Notes: generated from the sequence alone by a model not told the origin. 63,455 nt of DNA, filler included, from an uncultured Ignavibacteriales bacterium (GCA_964611355.1; 21 parts of 21 records of this genome joined end to end with filler, not necessarily neighbours in it), one strand, 5' to 3'. Positions 28,515 through 38,722 are shown, counted from the first letter of the whole stretch. Numbers and translations: made by a program.

Positions 28515-29450
28515 CTAAATCGAATTATGCTTAAAAGGTTCAAACATAGGATTCTTGTGGATCATTGCCTCAGCTATCTTTTTCCTTAAAAATTCAAGCA
28601 AGCTTTTCTTTCTTTCTAATAACAGTACGATCTCCTCCAACTTGCAGAGAATGACGACTGCCTTCTGCAATGCTTCCTTGCAGGTTTGTTTTGCTGCTTC
28701 AGTATAACCTGAAGCTGAAATGAAAATACCTCGCATGTATCCTCTGTTAAATACCCTTACCAGATGTTGGGATAACTCACCGGGTCCCAGCGACTTTTCC
28801 CACCATTTTATCTCTACAAGATAAAATTCACCATCAATCTTTATTACTCCATCTATTTGTTCCACTATGCCCTGTCCCTTGTTCCCCTTCACAGTAAATG
28901 AATCTTGGACACTTATGCCGCTAACCTTAAATAGCTCATTTAAAATTGATTCAAACTGCTGGGCTCTTTTATAAGGATTACTTATGTTAAATAATGCTGT
29001 CAACCTATCTCGTATATTGTCCAATTTATCTTGCCTAATTTTCTCTTTTTCAACTTTGGCAATGTAAATTGCTTGCCTTTTTGACCGCTCTTTATCCTTT
29101 TCAATCCTCATGCGTGTAAATGAATCTTTAACATTTACTACTTTACGAACTTCCGCGACCAAACCTTTCGCTTTCAGTCTATCGTTTGACCAACATACGT
29201 CAAAGTTTTCAAATTCTACAACACGCTTCAAGATTTCTCTCCTCTCACGGAGGGTTTTTTCTCCCTTTTCATTAAGTCTTGTAAGGACTATTCCTGCAAT
29301 TTGGTACTTTCCGATGTTATCAGGGTCAGTTGCCACTTTACGAGCCAGATCATCAATCATGTCGGATTGAATGCCAGCGCCTCGAAAAAATAGAATCATA
29401 TCTTGTTTCGAACGACAGAGTTTTGGAATTGTATCTTTCAGCAGACCCAA
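28515..29450 (-). CDS. Mrr-like (PD-(D/E)XK) restriction endonuclease; 5' end abuts an IS-like end
   Basis: FESILNELF...EQIDG...YLVEIKW...GIFISASGYT; visibly AT-rich compared with its neighbours. Confidence 0.75.
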   Translation of the reverse strand: MGLLKDTIPKLCRSKQDMILFFRGAGIQSDMIDDLARKVATDPDNIGKYQIAGIVLTRLNEKGEKTLRERREILKRVVEFENFDVCWSNDRLKAKGLVAEVRKVVNVKDSFTRMRIEKDKERSKRQAIYIAKVEKEKIRQDKLDNIRDRLTALFNISNPYKRAQQFESILNELFKVSGISVQDSFTVKGNKGQGIVEQIDGVIKIDGEFYLVEIKWWEKSLGPGELSQHLVRVFNRGYMRGIFISASGYTEAAKQTCKEALQKAVVILCKLEEIVLLLERKKSLLEFLRKKIAEAMIHKNPMFEPFKHNSI

Positions 29451-29467
29451 TAATTCGGGTGGATAAT

Positions 29468-29520
29468 TATACTGCCCCCCATTAGTGACAGTTGGTTATT
29501 AAGGTAGTATTTTGCGGCTG
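29468..29520 (-). mobile_element. IS3-like terminal sequence at contig end
   Basis: TATACTGCCCCCCATTAGTGA...TATTTTGCGGCTG; inverted copy of 16655-16706. Confidence 0.55.
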
Positions 29521-29620
29521 NNNNNNNNNNNNNNNNNNNNNNNNNNNNNNNNNNNNNNNNNNNNTTAATTAATTAANNNNNNNNNNNNNNNNNNNNNNNN
29601 NNNNNNNNNNNNNNNNNNNN

Positions 29621-30423
29621 TCTGTATAGGCGTGGCTATTCTTATTCGTTCGATTGGTCAATTCTGGCCGCTTGTCATGGTTTTTTTGGTTTTTGTTCTT
29701 CCCCTGGAAAAAACTCCACACCGGCCGTATATAAGCCGCCTTGGCCTGCTAAAGAAGGCATATATCGCGCCGTTGATTACAGTTGTTTTAATGTCCGGCT
29801 GGATGGCTCGTAATTATCACCAGCATCGCCTTCCGATCGTGGCCTTTGCCGGACCACATGGCATAGGCAGGTTGACGGCTTTCACTCAGGCGCGCCTGCA
29901 GGAGAGCGAATTCGGCGAGGTTTCTTCCGGATGGATTGAAGTATATAAGAAAGAGCACGCCATTGATGAGATCACGTTTCGCGACAGGTATAACGTATAT
30001 TTACAGCAGGCTCGCCGGACGTTGCTTCGTCATCCTCAGGAGATGCTGTCCACATACCTGTCGCTTATATGGGGAAATGTTATCGACGTAAACGAACTAT
30101 ACCGGGGACAACTACCGAAATTCAGGCCTGTCATATTGGATTGGATGAACCGGCTAAAAGGCCGGTCGTTTCATCTGTTGGGCTTTTGGTTAACTATGGT
30201 CGGATTTATCGGAATGATGCTATTAAGGCAGTGGCGGGCGCTTAGCTTTCCTGGATTAATGTACTTTTATTTCGCGCTGATGGCCGGATTCGGATGCTGG
30301 CAGGGCTCGCGTTTGTTTTATCCCGCACAAATTGCCTGGGCGATTGTAATTGCTTTCTTAATGGTCAACCTTTTCCTTTATGTAAGGAGGATGTCAGGCA
30401 GTTGGTCTTTGCATCGAATATGA
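29621..30423 (+). CDS. GT-C (ArnT/PMT-like) glycosyltransferase paralog A, C-terminal part (about 453 aa reconstructed)
   Basis: ILIRSIGQFWP, RNY, WQGSRLFYP; 29621-29675 identical to 31051-31105. Confidence 0.75.
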
Positions 30424-30491
30424 TGATGCTTTAGATTGTTCCTGCCCTCTTTCATCGATGAGGAGATAACATCAGATTGGTCTGACAAAAT

Positions 30492-31871
30492 ATGCTTGGT
30501 TTGGAAATGCCTAAAAGATACGCATTGGAGTATTTTCAATATTTCAAATCCCGCCCGGATCTGATGTATCTGTTTATTTTCGCTCTCGTACTGCGGTTGG
30601 GCTATATGATTCTGATGCTTGGGCAATTGACTCCTGAAGAAATCCTGTACCAGTGCCCCGACGCCAGAGCGTATATTAATATTAGCCGGGGAATGCTTGG
30701 TCTCGGGCCATTTGACGAAGATGCTTTGCTGATTTTTGGTCCCGGGTATGGCGCTTTTCTTGGCGTCGTATTTTTCCTTTTCGGAGTCGTCCCCCACGCG
30801 GTTATATTGATTCAAATACTGTTAAGCAGCATTGGCTGTCTGCTTGTATATAGGCTCGGCATGGAACTGACCGGATCGAGAGCGGTTGGCTTGGTGGCGG
30901 GAATTCTCGCGGCCGTGTCATTTACTTCTATTTCGCTGGCCAATGTGATATTATCTGATTGCCTCTTTTTCTTCCTCTTTTTATTGGGCAACCTGCTTTT
31001 TCTGCTCGGTCTTAGACGTGAAAAGAGAGCATATTTTATTTTTTCCGGTATCTGTATAGGCGTGGCTATTCTTATTCGTTCGATTGGTCAATTCTGGCCG
31101 CTTGTAATGATTTTTTTGGTTTTTGTTCTTCCCCTGGAAAAAACTCCACACCGGCTGTATATAAGCCGCCTTGGCCTGCTAAAGAAGGCGTATATCGCGC
31201 CGCTGATTGCAGTAGCTATAATGTCGATATGGGTGGTTCGCAATTACTATTATTATTCAATCCCAATGTTGACCTTTGCAAGCGCCGGCGGACCGGCCAA
31301 CGTTGCCGGTATTACTCTTGCCCGGGTCGAGGAAAGAGAGGTTAGTGATGTTCGATTTCAATGGATCAAGGACTATCAGCGTGAGACGGGCGATAATGAT
31401 ATTTCGCGTGCAGACGAGTACCGAATAATCAGCCGTGCGGCCCGGTATGTTTTCCTGCATCATCCAATGGAAATGATTGATACGCACCTCGACCTGGTCT
31501 GGGAGAATCTGAATAGCGTGAATGAATTCTATAGGATACAATTGCCGAAGTATGAGTACCAAATCCTGGGCAAAATGAATTGGCTGCGGGACCGTTCCCT
31601 TTATTATCTGGGGTTCTTGGTGAGTATGGCCGGTTTCCTGATTCTTCTGCTTTGCCGCAAATGGCGGGCGTTTATTATGCTCGGCCTTATCTACTTATAC
31701 TTTGCCCTGATGATCGGGTGTACCCGGTGGCAGGGATCGCGGCTTTTCTATCCGGGCCAGATTGCCTGGGCGATTGTAATTGCTTTTCTCATGGTTATGT
31801 TAGTGAAGTGGGTTATGGCCGCCGTCAAATATACAGTAGAGCGAATCCGCCGATTGCGATTTTCAAGATAG
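30492..31871 (+). CDS. GT-C (ArnT/PMT-like, GT39/83-type) glycosyltransferase paralog B
   Basis: PDARAY, GPGYGAFL, ILSDCLFFF, IRSIGQFWP, RNY, RLFYP; about 11-12 TM segments. Confidence 0.8.
   Translation: MLGLEMPKRYALEYFQYFKSRPDLMYLFIFALVLRLGYMILMLGQLTPEEILYQCPDARAYINISRGMLGLGPFDEDALLIFGPGYGAFLGVVFFLFGVVPHAVILIQILLSSIGCLLVYRLGMELTGSRAVGLVAGILAAVSFTSISLANVILSDCLFFFLFLLGNLLFLLGLRREKRAYFIFSGICIGVAILIRSIGQFWPLVMIFLVFVLPLEKTPHRLYISRLGLLKKAYIAPLIAVAIMSIWVVRNYYYYSIPMLTFASAGGPANVAGITLARVEEREVSDVRFQWIKDYQRETGDNDISRADEYRIISRAARYVFLHHPMEMIDTHLDLVWENLNSVNEFYRIQLPKYEYQILGKMNWLRDRSLYYLGFLVSMAGFLILLLCRKWRAFIMLGLIYLYFALMIGCTRWQGSRLFYPGQIAWAIVIAFLMVMLVKWVMAAVKYTVERIRRLRFSR
30534..31105 (+). repeat. Collapsed two-copy repeat (572 bp) shared by GT paralogs A and B
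   Basis: Both of its 55-nt ends occur exactly at the ends of other contigs (17474-17528 rc; 29621-29675), and the reconstruction keeps frame. Confidence 0.75.
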
Positions 31872-31938
31872 AATAATCTGCGCCAGTATCCAGTGGTGCA
31901 AAATACCGGACCGGCCGGTATCCAGTATCATTCCCGCT

Positions 31939-33300
31939 TCATTGGCTCTTTTCTTTCGGGATAATCTTGACCGGCCACAGCAGCCGAACGAGGCATTGTA
32001 GCAGGGAAACGATTACTATCGCTATCAAAATGTCGCTGGCGATTTGAGAGGGAAAAGCGTATCGAGCTCCCTGCCATCGGAAGGCCCCCAGCATCATGAT
32101 ATAATAAGTATATACGCCGCCCAATACCATGGCCGCCCATAATCTGCGCTTCCACAGTAATATCAGGATTCCTGCTATGGATAAGATAAAACTTGCATAG
32201 TTGAGCCTGCTGGATTTCATGAATTTTTCCGCCGGTATCATTACATCGTTGTACTCAGGAATTAGTATTCTGTGGAAGTAATTGATATCATTGAGGTTTT
32301 CCCATAGCAGTAACAAATAGGTCTTGGCAACCTGCCAGCCGAGTGAATCAACTACCTCCGATGCCCTGGCGGAATAGGTTTTATAGATGTCGCCGAATCG
32401 GCCCGTGGCGAAGAGTGAATCGGCAATCCATTCTCTCATTGTTTCTTTAGAATACCGTCCGGTCAGGCGTTCAATGGTAATTGCGGCCACGTTGGCCGGG
32501 CCGTTGGCGCCGGTAATAGCAAGAGCAGGCACGTCATGGACGCTATAATTGCGTGCGATCCATATGCCCATAAGTATAACAGCGATGGCAACGGCAACCA
32601 GAGCTTTCCCCATCAATAGAACCGCATGATGCCTGGGCTTTTTGTTATTTCTGCGGCATATCAGTATATGGGCGGCGGCGATTAAGACCATTATTATCGG
32701 CCAGAATTGGCCGGCTGATCTGGTAAGAATCGCGTACCCGAAAAGTAGACCGGAAAGAATAAAAAGATACAATTTCTGCGAATCAAGGGCTTTTAAGTAG
32801 AGAATAAGCGCAAGCAGGAATATAAAAAAGTAAAACGTATCAGATAGAGTAACGCAGCTTAGAGTGATAGAAGTGTAGGAAAAGCCGGCCAGGATAGCGG
32901 CCGTTATTGATACCGGGTATGATCGAGTAAGTATCATTCCCAAAACATAGACCAACAGACAACTAAGCGATGAGATAAAGATATTAGCGACGATCAGTAA
33001 AATTGGATTTGAACCAAATAGAATAATATTAAAAGCCAGAAAATATAAATAGCCGGGCCCGTAATAGAAAAGAGCATTTTCAGGCGGGCTGATTCCCGAG
33101 GCGATCATCCGGGCTGCGGTCGAATAAAGTCGGCAATCAAAGCAATTCTCAATGACCCGATCTATTCCGCCCTGATTATTGCTGGCCGCAAAAATAATCA
33201 GGCGCAGTATGATTGCGACAAGTATTACGGCGATTAAATCCCCTCGACGAAATATAGCTGCCATCCTCGCAGGCAAACCCGTCATGTGCCGATCCGTCAA
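31939..33300 (-). CDS. GT-C glycosyltransferase paralog C (convergent)
   Basis: AAGGAG RBS plus TTG; GPGYLYFL, LSDTFYFF, TRSAGQFWP, GPANVAAIT, RWQGARYAFP. Confidence 0.8.
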   Translation of the reverse strand: MTDRHMTGLPARMAAIFRRGDLIAVILVAIILRLIIFAASNNQGGIDRVIENCFDCRLYSTAARMIASGISPPENALFYYGPGYLYFLAFNIILFGSNPILLIVANIFISSLSCLLVYVLGMILTRSYPVSITAAILAGFSYTSITLSCVTLSDTFYFFIFLLALILYLKALDSQKLYLFILSGLLFGYAILTRSAGQFWPIIMVLIAAAHILICRRNNKKPRHHAVLLMGKALVAVAIAVILMGIWIARNYSVHDVPALAITGANGPANVAAITIERLTGRYSKETMREWIADSLFATGRFGDIYKTYSARASEVVDSLGWQVAKTYLLLLWENLNDINYFHRILIPEYNDVMIPAEKFMKSSRLNYASFILSIAGILILLWKRRLWAAMVLGGVYTYYIMMLGAFRWQGARYAFPSQIASDILIAIVIVSLLQCLVRLLWPVKIIPKEKSQ

Positions 33301-33582
33301 GATGCGACTCCTTGGAATAAGAAAAACTCTGGATTATATGTATCAGCCGAAAACAATCGCCGATATCTAATCCGTTTACGATTACGGTAGCGCAAGACCA
33401 GTCGTTTTTCTCCTAATGTAAGAGATGAAAAGTACCCATATTATAAACGACATATAAAGCGGATAATATCGGAAAAACATGTNNNNNNNNNNNNNNNNNN
33501 NNNNNNNNNNNNNNNNNNNNNNNNNNTTAATTAATTAANNNNNNNNNNNNNNNNNNNNNNNNNNNNNNNNNNNNNNNNNNNN

Positions 33583-34466
33583 ACAAGGGCACCGACAAGC
33601 TCCAGGCCGACATGAAAGCCAAAATCTCCAAGCTCAAAAAACAGATATCGTCGGTAAAAAAAAGCGGCGCGGCGCGAAGTGAACAACTCGACCATATTGA
33701 CAAGGAAGGCGCCGGGCAGGTGATTTTGATCGGGCCGCCCAATTCGGGCAAGTCTTCGCTTCTGGATGCGCTCACCAATGCAAAGCCCCTGATCGCCGAT
33801 TATCACTATTCGACCCGCGAACCTTTGCCGGGGATGATGCGTTATGAAACGATAAGCATCCAACTGGTCGATACCCCGCCGATATCGCCCGATATATTTG
33901 AAGCCTATCTTCTGGGAATTATCCGCAATGCCGACCTGATCGCGTTGGTGGCCGATATGGGCAAAGACGGTTTCGAAGAAGGGGTAAGATTTGTCTTTGA
34001 CAAGCTCAAAGAGCGGCGGATTATTCTGACTCACAAAGTCCCCGATGATCATGATACTGAGGAAATCGGCATAGCATATAAAAAGACGATGTTTATCGCG
34101 CATAAGATTTTTGATGAAGGAGGCGAGGGACGCAAGCAACGTCTGGCCGAATTATATCCCGGTTTTACAGTTGCCGGGACGTCGATACTCGATGACAAAT
34201 ATCTTGAAAATCTCAAAAAAACGATTTATACGGAACTGGGTATCATCCGCGTTTATACCAAGACCATCGGCAACGAACCTGATTTCAACGACCCGATAAT
34301 ACTCAAGCCGGGTGCGACGGTGGAAGAAGCCGCTTATGTGTTGCACAAAGATTTCGCCCATCGTTTTCAATACGCCAAAATCTGGGGCGAGGGCAAATTC
34401 GACGGCCAGCGCGTGCAGAAAACTTATCAGTTATCTGATGGCGATATAATTGAGTTTCATATTTGA
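33583..34466 (+). CDS. DRG/OBG-family GTPase with C-terminal TGS domain, 5'-truncated
   Basis: KGTDKLQAD, GAGQV, GPPNSGKS, DTPP, IIRVYTK, GATVEE...HKDF...YAKIWG...LSDGDIIE. Confidence 0.85.
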
Positions 34467-34564
34467 TGGTTGGCTTATGTCTGAATATGAAAGTTCTCAG
34501 GATGGATATCAAAAACCCACCCTTCACTTCATTCAGGATACACCCGTCGCTGCCGCTTTGGGTC

Positions 34565-34868
34565 GGGTACGGGTGGAAATGGGTTTGTTTTGTCATATTT
34601 ATGTTTTGCAACTACAGGTTTGGTGGTGAATGCTGGAGTGATTCATACTTAGTCCATCCTGCTCTTCGTCCTGACTCGGGAAGGAACGTTAGGACAGGGC
34701 CGGCATATATTTGAATAATCTGACATAGTCATCCATAGAAGGCGGGGGTTTTTGAATTAGCGGTGATGATGTTGTGAAACTGTTTTGCAGATGGCAATTC
34801 GTTTTTTATCGGCGGCATCTCAGGAGGGATATTTAAACTTACCCGTTGGGTGATGTACCGAGTAGATT
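34565..34868 (+). repeat. About 300-bp dispersed non-coding element, copy 1
   Basis: Aligns by eye end to end with rc(57694-57996); starts with AAATGGGTTTGTTTTGTCAT. Confidence 0.85.
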
Positions 34869-34930
34869 CTAAAAATCCCACAGCAAGCTGTGGGCCACCG
34901 GTCATATATGATGTCGCTCTTTGACCGGGG

Positions 34931-37051
34931 TTATTCTTCTGGACAAACGCGATTAAGTCTATCAATATTTCTCATTACCATACTGTACAGTTCCGGGAAT
35001 CGATCCTGGGTATAGATTTTTAATGCCTCTTCTAATGCGCGTCTCGCGTTTCGGCAGTTTTCAGCCTTGTTTTCCACCTCCGCGAGCGTTTGAAAGGCAT
35101 TCCCCAGATTGTTCTGCGTCATGGCGTAGTCCATCGGGAAAGCGTCGAGGGTATAAACCTTCAGGGCTTGTTGATATGCGTTAATCGCTTTTCGGCAGTT
35201 TTCAGCTTTGTTTTCTACATCCGCCAGCCTGTGGTAGGCAATTCCCAGATTGTTCTTCGTCCCGGCGTAGTCCATCGGGAAACGGTCGAGGGTTCTGACC
35301 TTCAGGGCTTTTTGAAGTACGTCAATGGCCTTTCGGCAGTTTTCAGCCTTGTTTTCCACCTCCGCTAAAATGCGGTAGGCATTTCCCAGATTGTTCTGCG
35401 TTATGGCATAGTCCATCGGGAAGCGGTCGAGGGTATAAACCTTCAGGGCTTGTTGAAAGGCGTCAATGGCCTTCCGGCAGTTTTCATCCTTGTTTTCTAC
35501 ATCCGCCAGCGTTTGGTAGGTATTCCCCAGATTGTTCTGCGTCGTGGCGTATCGCGCCGGGAAACGGTAGAAGGTTCTGACCTTCAGGGCTTCCTGAAGT
35601 ACTTCAATGGCTTTTCGGCAGTTTTCAGCCTTGTTTTCCACCTCCGCTAAAATGCGGTAGGCATTTCCCAGATTGTTCTGCGTTATGGCGTAGTCCATCG
35701 GGAAATGGTCGAGGGTAAAAACCTTCAGGCCTTCCTGATATGCGGCAATGGCCTTTCGGCAGTTTTCGGCCTTGTTTTCCACCTCCGCCAGCGTTTGGTA
35801 GGTATTCCCCAGATTGTTCTGCGTCAGCGCGTAGTCCATTAGGAAACGTTCGGGGATTCTGACCTTCAGGGCTTCCTGAAAGGTGTCAATGGCGTTTCGG
35901 CAATTTTCGGCCTTGTTTTCCACCTCCGCCAGCGTCCCGTAGGCATTCCCCAGATTGTTCTGCGTTGCGGCGAAATCTTCGGGGGATTTTTCTTTTGTTC
36001 TAAGGGTAAGGCAAATCCTGTAATTATCTATGGCTATCCTTTCGTAAGCGGCCTTTTTGAGAGAAACGTCTCCAAGATCATTGGCACGATAGGCAATTCT
36101 GAATAGTGCATCGAAGTCGTTTGGGAATAATGTTGCGAGGTCTGTCAGGTCGTCGGGAGAATTGAAAATGCCGGGTATGATTTGTTGCAGATACGTTTCT
36201 TCCGTCCTGATCTCATCGCTTTTTAGAATATCGAAAAATGCCTTTTCTTCCAGAGATTCGAAAAGAGCGCTCCATTCGTATCCCCTCTTTTCGATTTCTT
36301 CTTTTTTCAGGCAAACGTGCTTTATTCGATTAATGGAGAAGATTTCCTTTCCACGATAAACCCCGGCGTCATAAAGACGCTTGATCGATTTCAATATGGC
36401 CTTTTCAACATTTGGGCAACCGCCATATCTTATCCCCATCGTTTCGAGGTCAACAAAAATTGAGCCGATTGTCCCGTCGAAGCTGCCCGGGAACTTCGCA
36501 TCAGTTTTTTTAGCTACCCGTCTGGCTTCTTCTTCCGGCAGCCGCTCAATCTCAACCGGCTCGCCGAAAAGGGGCATTTCCCGCTCCATTTGCTTGCAAA
36601 ATGGCTTGAATTCCGGCCCGCTGCGGCAGGTGGCGATAATCGAAATTCCTTTTCTTTCACACCGCTGGAGAACGGCTGCGAAGCCCTCTTTTCCGGCAAA
36701 TTTATCTATGTCGTCAATAAGGATAAACCGCTTGATACGACCCCTGAGGATAAGCCGCCTGATAAAACCTCTCAAGTCAGCCGGTATAGTGAAATCCTCG
36801 AACCGCTTTGCATCTCTGTTTGGAATTATGACTTCCGGGGACGGCTTGATGCTTTTCAGAGCTTCATAAACCGCCCTTGTCTTCCCATCCAACGGCCGAC
36901 CGATTATCAGTACATTTTCACCTTTATCAATTTTCTCCCTGATAGACTTGTCAATGCTCCTCTCATAATAGTATGGATTAAAACCATGCTTCTTCGATCC
37001 GCGAATCCCAAGAATATCCTCCGGCCCCATATCCGAAAACCGCTTGCCACC
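34931..37051 (-). CDS. P-loop NTPase (STAND-like) plus TPR-repeat protein, 5'-truncated by contig end
   Basis: Walker A GRPLDGKT, Walker B ILIDDID, IIATCR, seven 47-aa TPR repeats; the frame stays open upstream of 37030. Confidence 0.85.
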   Translation of the reverse strand, partial: GGKRFSDMGPEDILGIRGSKKHGFNPYYYERSIDKSIREKIDKGENVLIIGRPLDGKTRAVYEALKSIKPSPEVIIPNRDAKRFEDFTIPADLRGFIRRLILRGRIKRFILIDDIDKFAGKEGFAAVLQRCERKGISIIATCRSGPEFKPFCKQMEREMPLFGEPVEIERLPEEEARRVAKKTDAKFPGSFDGTIGSIFVDLETMGIRYGGCPNVEKAILKSIKRLYDAGVYRGKEIFSINRIKHVCLKKEEIEKRGYEWSALFESLEEKAFFDILKSDEIRTEETYLQQIIPGIFNSPDDLTDLATLFPNDFDALFRIAYRANDLGDVSLKKAAYERIAIDNYRICLTLRTKEKSPEDFAATQNNLGNAYGTLAEVENKAENCRNAIDTFQEALKVRIPERFLMDYALTQNNLGNTYQTLAEVENKAENCRKAIAAYQEGLKVFTLDHFPMDYAITQNNLGNAYRILAEVENKAENCRKAIEVLQEALKVRTFYRFPARYATTQNNLGNTYQTLADVENKDENCRKAIDAFQQALKVYTLDRFPMDYAITQNNLGNAYRILAEVENKAENCRKAIDVLQKALKVRTLDRFPMDYAGTKNNLGIAYHRLADVENKAENCRKAINAYQQALKVYTLDAFPMDYAMTQNNLGNAFQTLAEVENKAENCRNARRALEEALKIYTQDRFPELYSMVMRNIDRLNRVCPEE
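34988..35974 (-). repeat. Intragenic tandem repeat, 7 x 141 bp
   Basis: Unit YA.TQNNLGN.Y..LAEVENKAENCRKAI...Q.ALKV.TLDRFPMD. Confidence 0.95.
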
Positions 37052-37205
37052 NNNNNNNNNNNNNNNNNNNNNNNNNNNNNNNNNNNNNNNNNNNNTTAAT
37101 TAATTAANNNNNNNNNNNNNNNNNNNNNNNNNNNNNNNNNNNNNNNNNNNNAAAAAAACACAGACAAATGACGATATGTTTTTCAGGCAATTAGAGGGAG
37201 GTATT

Positions 37206-38660
37206 ATGTTTCTGAGGAAAGCAGTATTAATCTCAGCTTTGTTGGGCGTATTTTTAATCTCCTGCACGGATGATTCCACAAATCCTTCACAGGGCGACCC
37301 GGGAGGGTCGGCGGCTACCGTGGGAATCGGCGGCCGATTGCTCGACGCTGGTACGCCCCAGCCCAAAATAAGCGGTATCAGGACGGCTGAAGCAATTGAG
37401 GGATACAAAATCATTGCTCAGGCTCTGGAGACGGAAAGGATTTATGTCGTTACGACCGAGACCGACGGAAGCTTTGAATTCATAGTGCCGTCAGACGATT
37501 CCTATACTTTTCATATTCTAAACGATGATTACTTTTATGTTGCTCCGGTGGTGCTGGACGAATTTGATTCCAATGATAACGAAGTCCCGGAAGGAATGGA
37601 AGTCGATACGGCCGACGTCGATCTGGACGATGTCCTTCTTGATGAGGATGGGTTTGTGGCCTTTCTGGCGGCGGGCGATCTTGTTTCGGTCGACAGCGCC
37701 ATGATGGCGGAGGCGACAAACGGTATTCCCGTGGGAGCGGATAACCAGGGTACGGAAACAGGCAGCTATTCCGGTTCGTCGCTCGATATTGACGGCGACG
37801 GCGTTATAAATATCATGGATTCGGACGATGATGGCGACGGCATCCTTGATGAGTTCGATGAAGACTGGCATCAGGAATCGTTTTCAAGTATCGGGCACAT
37901 CGGGTTGTTCAGTAATTTCCACAGCCCACTCGACCAGGCCGGCAACCCGCCCGTCAGCCCGGTTGACAATCATTATATTATCACCGTGGAATTCGTGGTT
38001 CACGGGGGGCATGAAGACAAGGTAACCGAGGTCAGCGTCGATGGTCCAGCCTACCTTGACCAGTTTGAAATTAACTACAGCGATGGTTTGGCGGCCAACT
38101 GGGAATCGCATAATGAAAAGACGCTGATAAAGGGTTACGGGGCAGGTCTCCTGGTAACCGACGATGAGCGCTGGGGCGGTTTTATTTACGGCACAGAGGC
38201 GGCCCACGTCTGGGATGTGGTTACTCCCGGCGATGTATGGATATTTGAGATTACATATACCGATAACGGCACGGAGTACACCGAATTGATGGCCAAGAAA
38301 ATCAACTTTGTATTCCATGATACGCCGCGAGATGTATATATAAACGACGGGCAATGGACATCCCAAACCGTTTACGATCTTCCCGATACGGTGGTTTTTA
38401 ATTGGGATATCATCACCGCCCTCCCGGGGATGACCTACACCGTCGGGTACATACCGTGGGTGAACGGTCAGCAGTATGACGAAGACGGATCCGGCGATTT
38501 CGAGGCCGGCATTGACGGCGATTCCGTTATCTTTATCTTCACCGACACGGTTCTTTCCGGTGATACTATCGAAAGTTACCATATCGACGTCATAGCGTCC
38601 GACTCATACGGTGATAACGCCAAGACCATGGGCGGTTCCATCTCCAAGTGGCCGCAGTAG
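37206..38660 (+). CDS. Acidic lipoprotein with DxDGDG Ca-binding motifs
   Basis: GGAGG RBS; lipobox FLISC; LDIDGDGVINIMDSDDDGDGILD. Confidence 0.75.
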   Translation: MFLRKAVLISALLGVFLISCTDDSTNPSQGDPGGSAATVGIGGRLLDAGTPQPKISGIRTAEAIEGYKIIAQALETERIYVVTTETDGSFEFIVPSDDSYTFHILNDDYFYVAPVVLDEFDSNDNEVPEGMEVDTADVDLDDVLLDEDGFVAFLAAGDLVSVDSAMMAEATNGIPVGADNQGTETGSYSGSSLDIDGDGVINIMDSDDDGDGILDEFDEDWHQESFSSIGHIGLFSNFHSPLDQAGNPPVSPVDNHYIITVEFVVHGGHEDKVTEVSVDGPAYLDQFEINYSDGLAANWESHNEKTLIKGYGAGLLVTDDERWGGFIYGTEAAHVWDVVTPGDVWIFEITYTDNGTEYTELMAKKINFVFHDTPRDVYINDGQWTSQTVYDLPDTVVFNWDIITALPGMTYTVGYIPWVNGQQYDEDGSGDFEAGIDGDSVIFIFTDTVLSGDTIESYHIDVIASDSYGDNAKTMGGSISKWPQ

Positions 38661-38692
38661 AATCTTCAAATCGAAAAATTCCGTAAGTCAAA

Positions 38693-38722
38693 AACCCCCG
38701 GACATCAGGCGATCCGGGGGTT
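38693..38722 (+). terminator. Hairpin after the lipoprotein gene
   Basis: AACCCCCGGA...TCCGGGGGTT. Confidence 0.55.

Noticed and set aside
29621..31210. Near-identical GT-C segments as a DGR template/variable repeat pair
   Set aside because: Mismatches are not adenine-specific, both copies are coding, and no reverse transcriptase is present
34988..35974. 141-bp tandem repeats as a CRISPR array
   Set aside because: They are in-frame coding TPR units with no unique spacers
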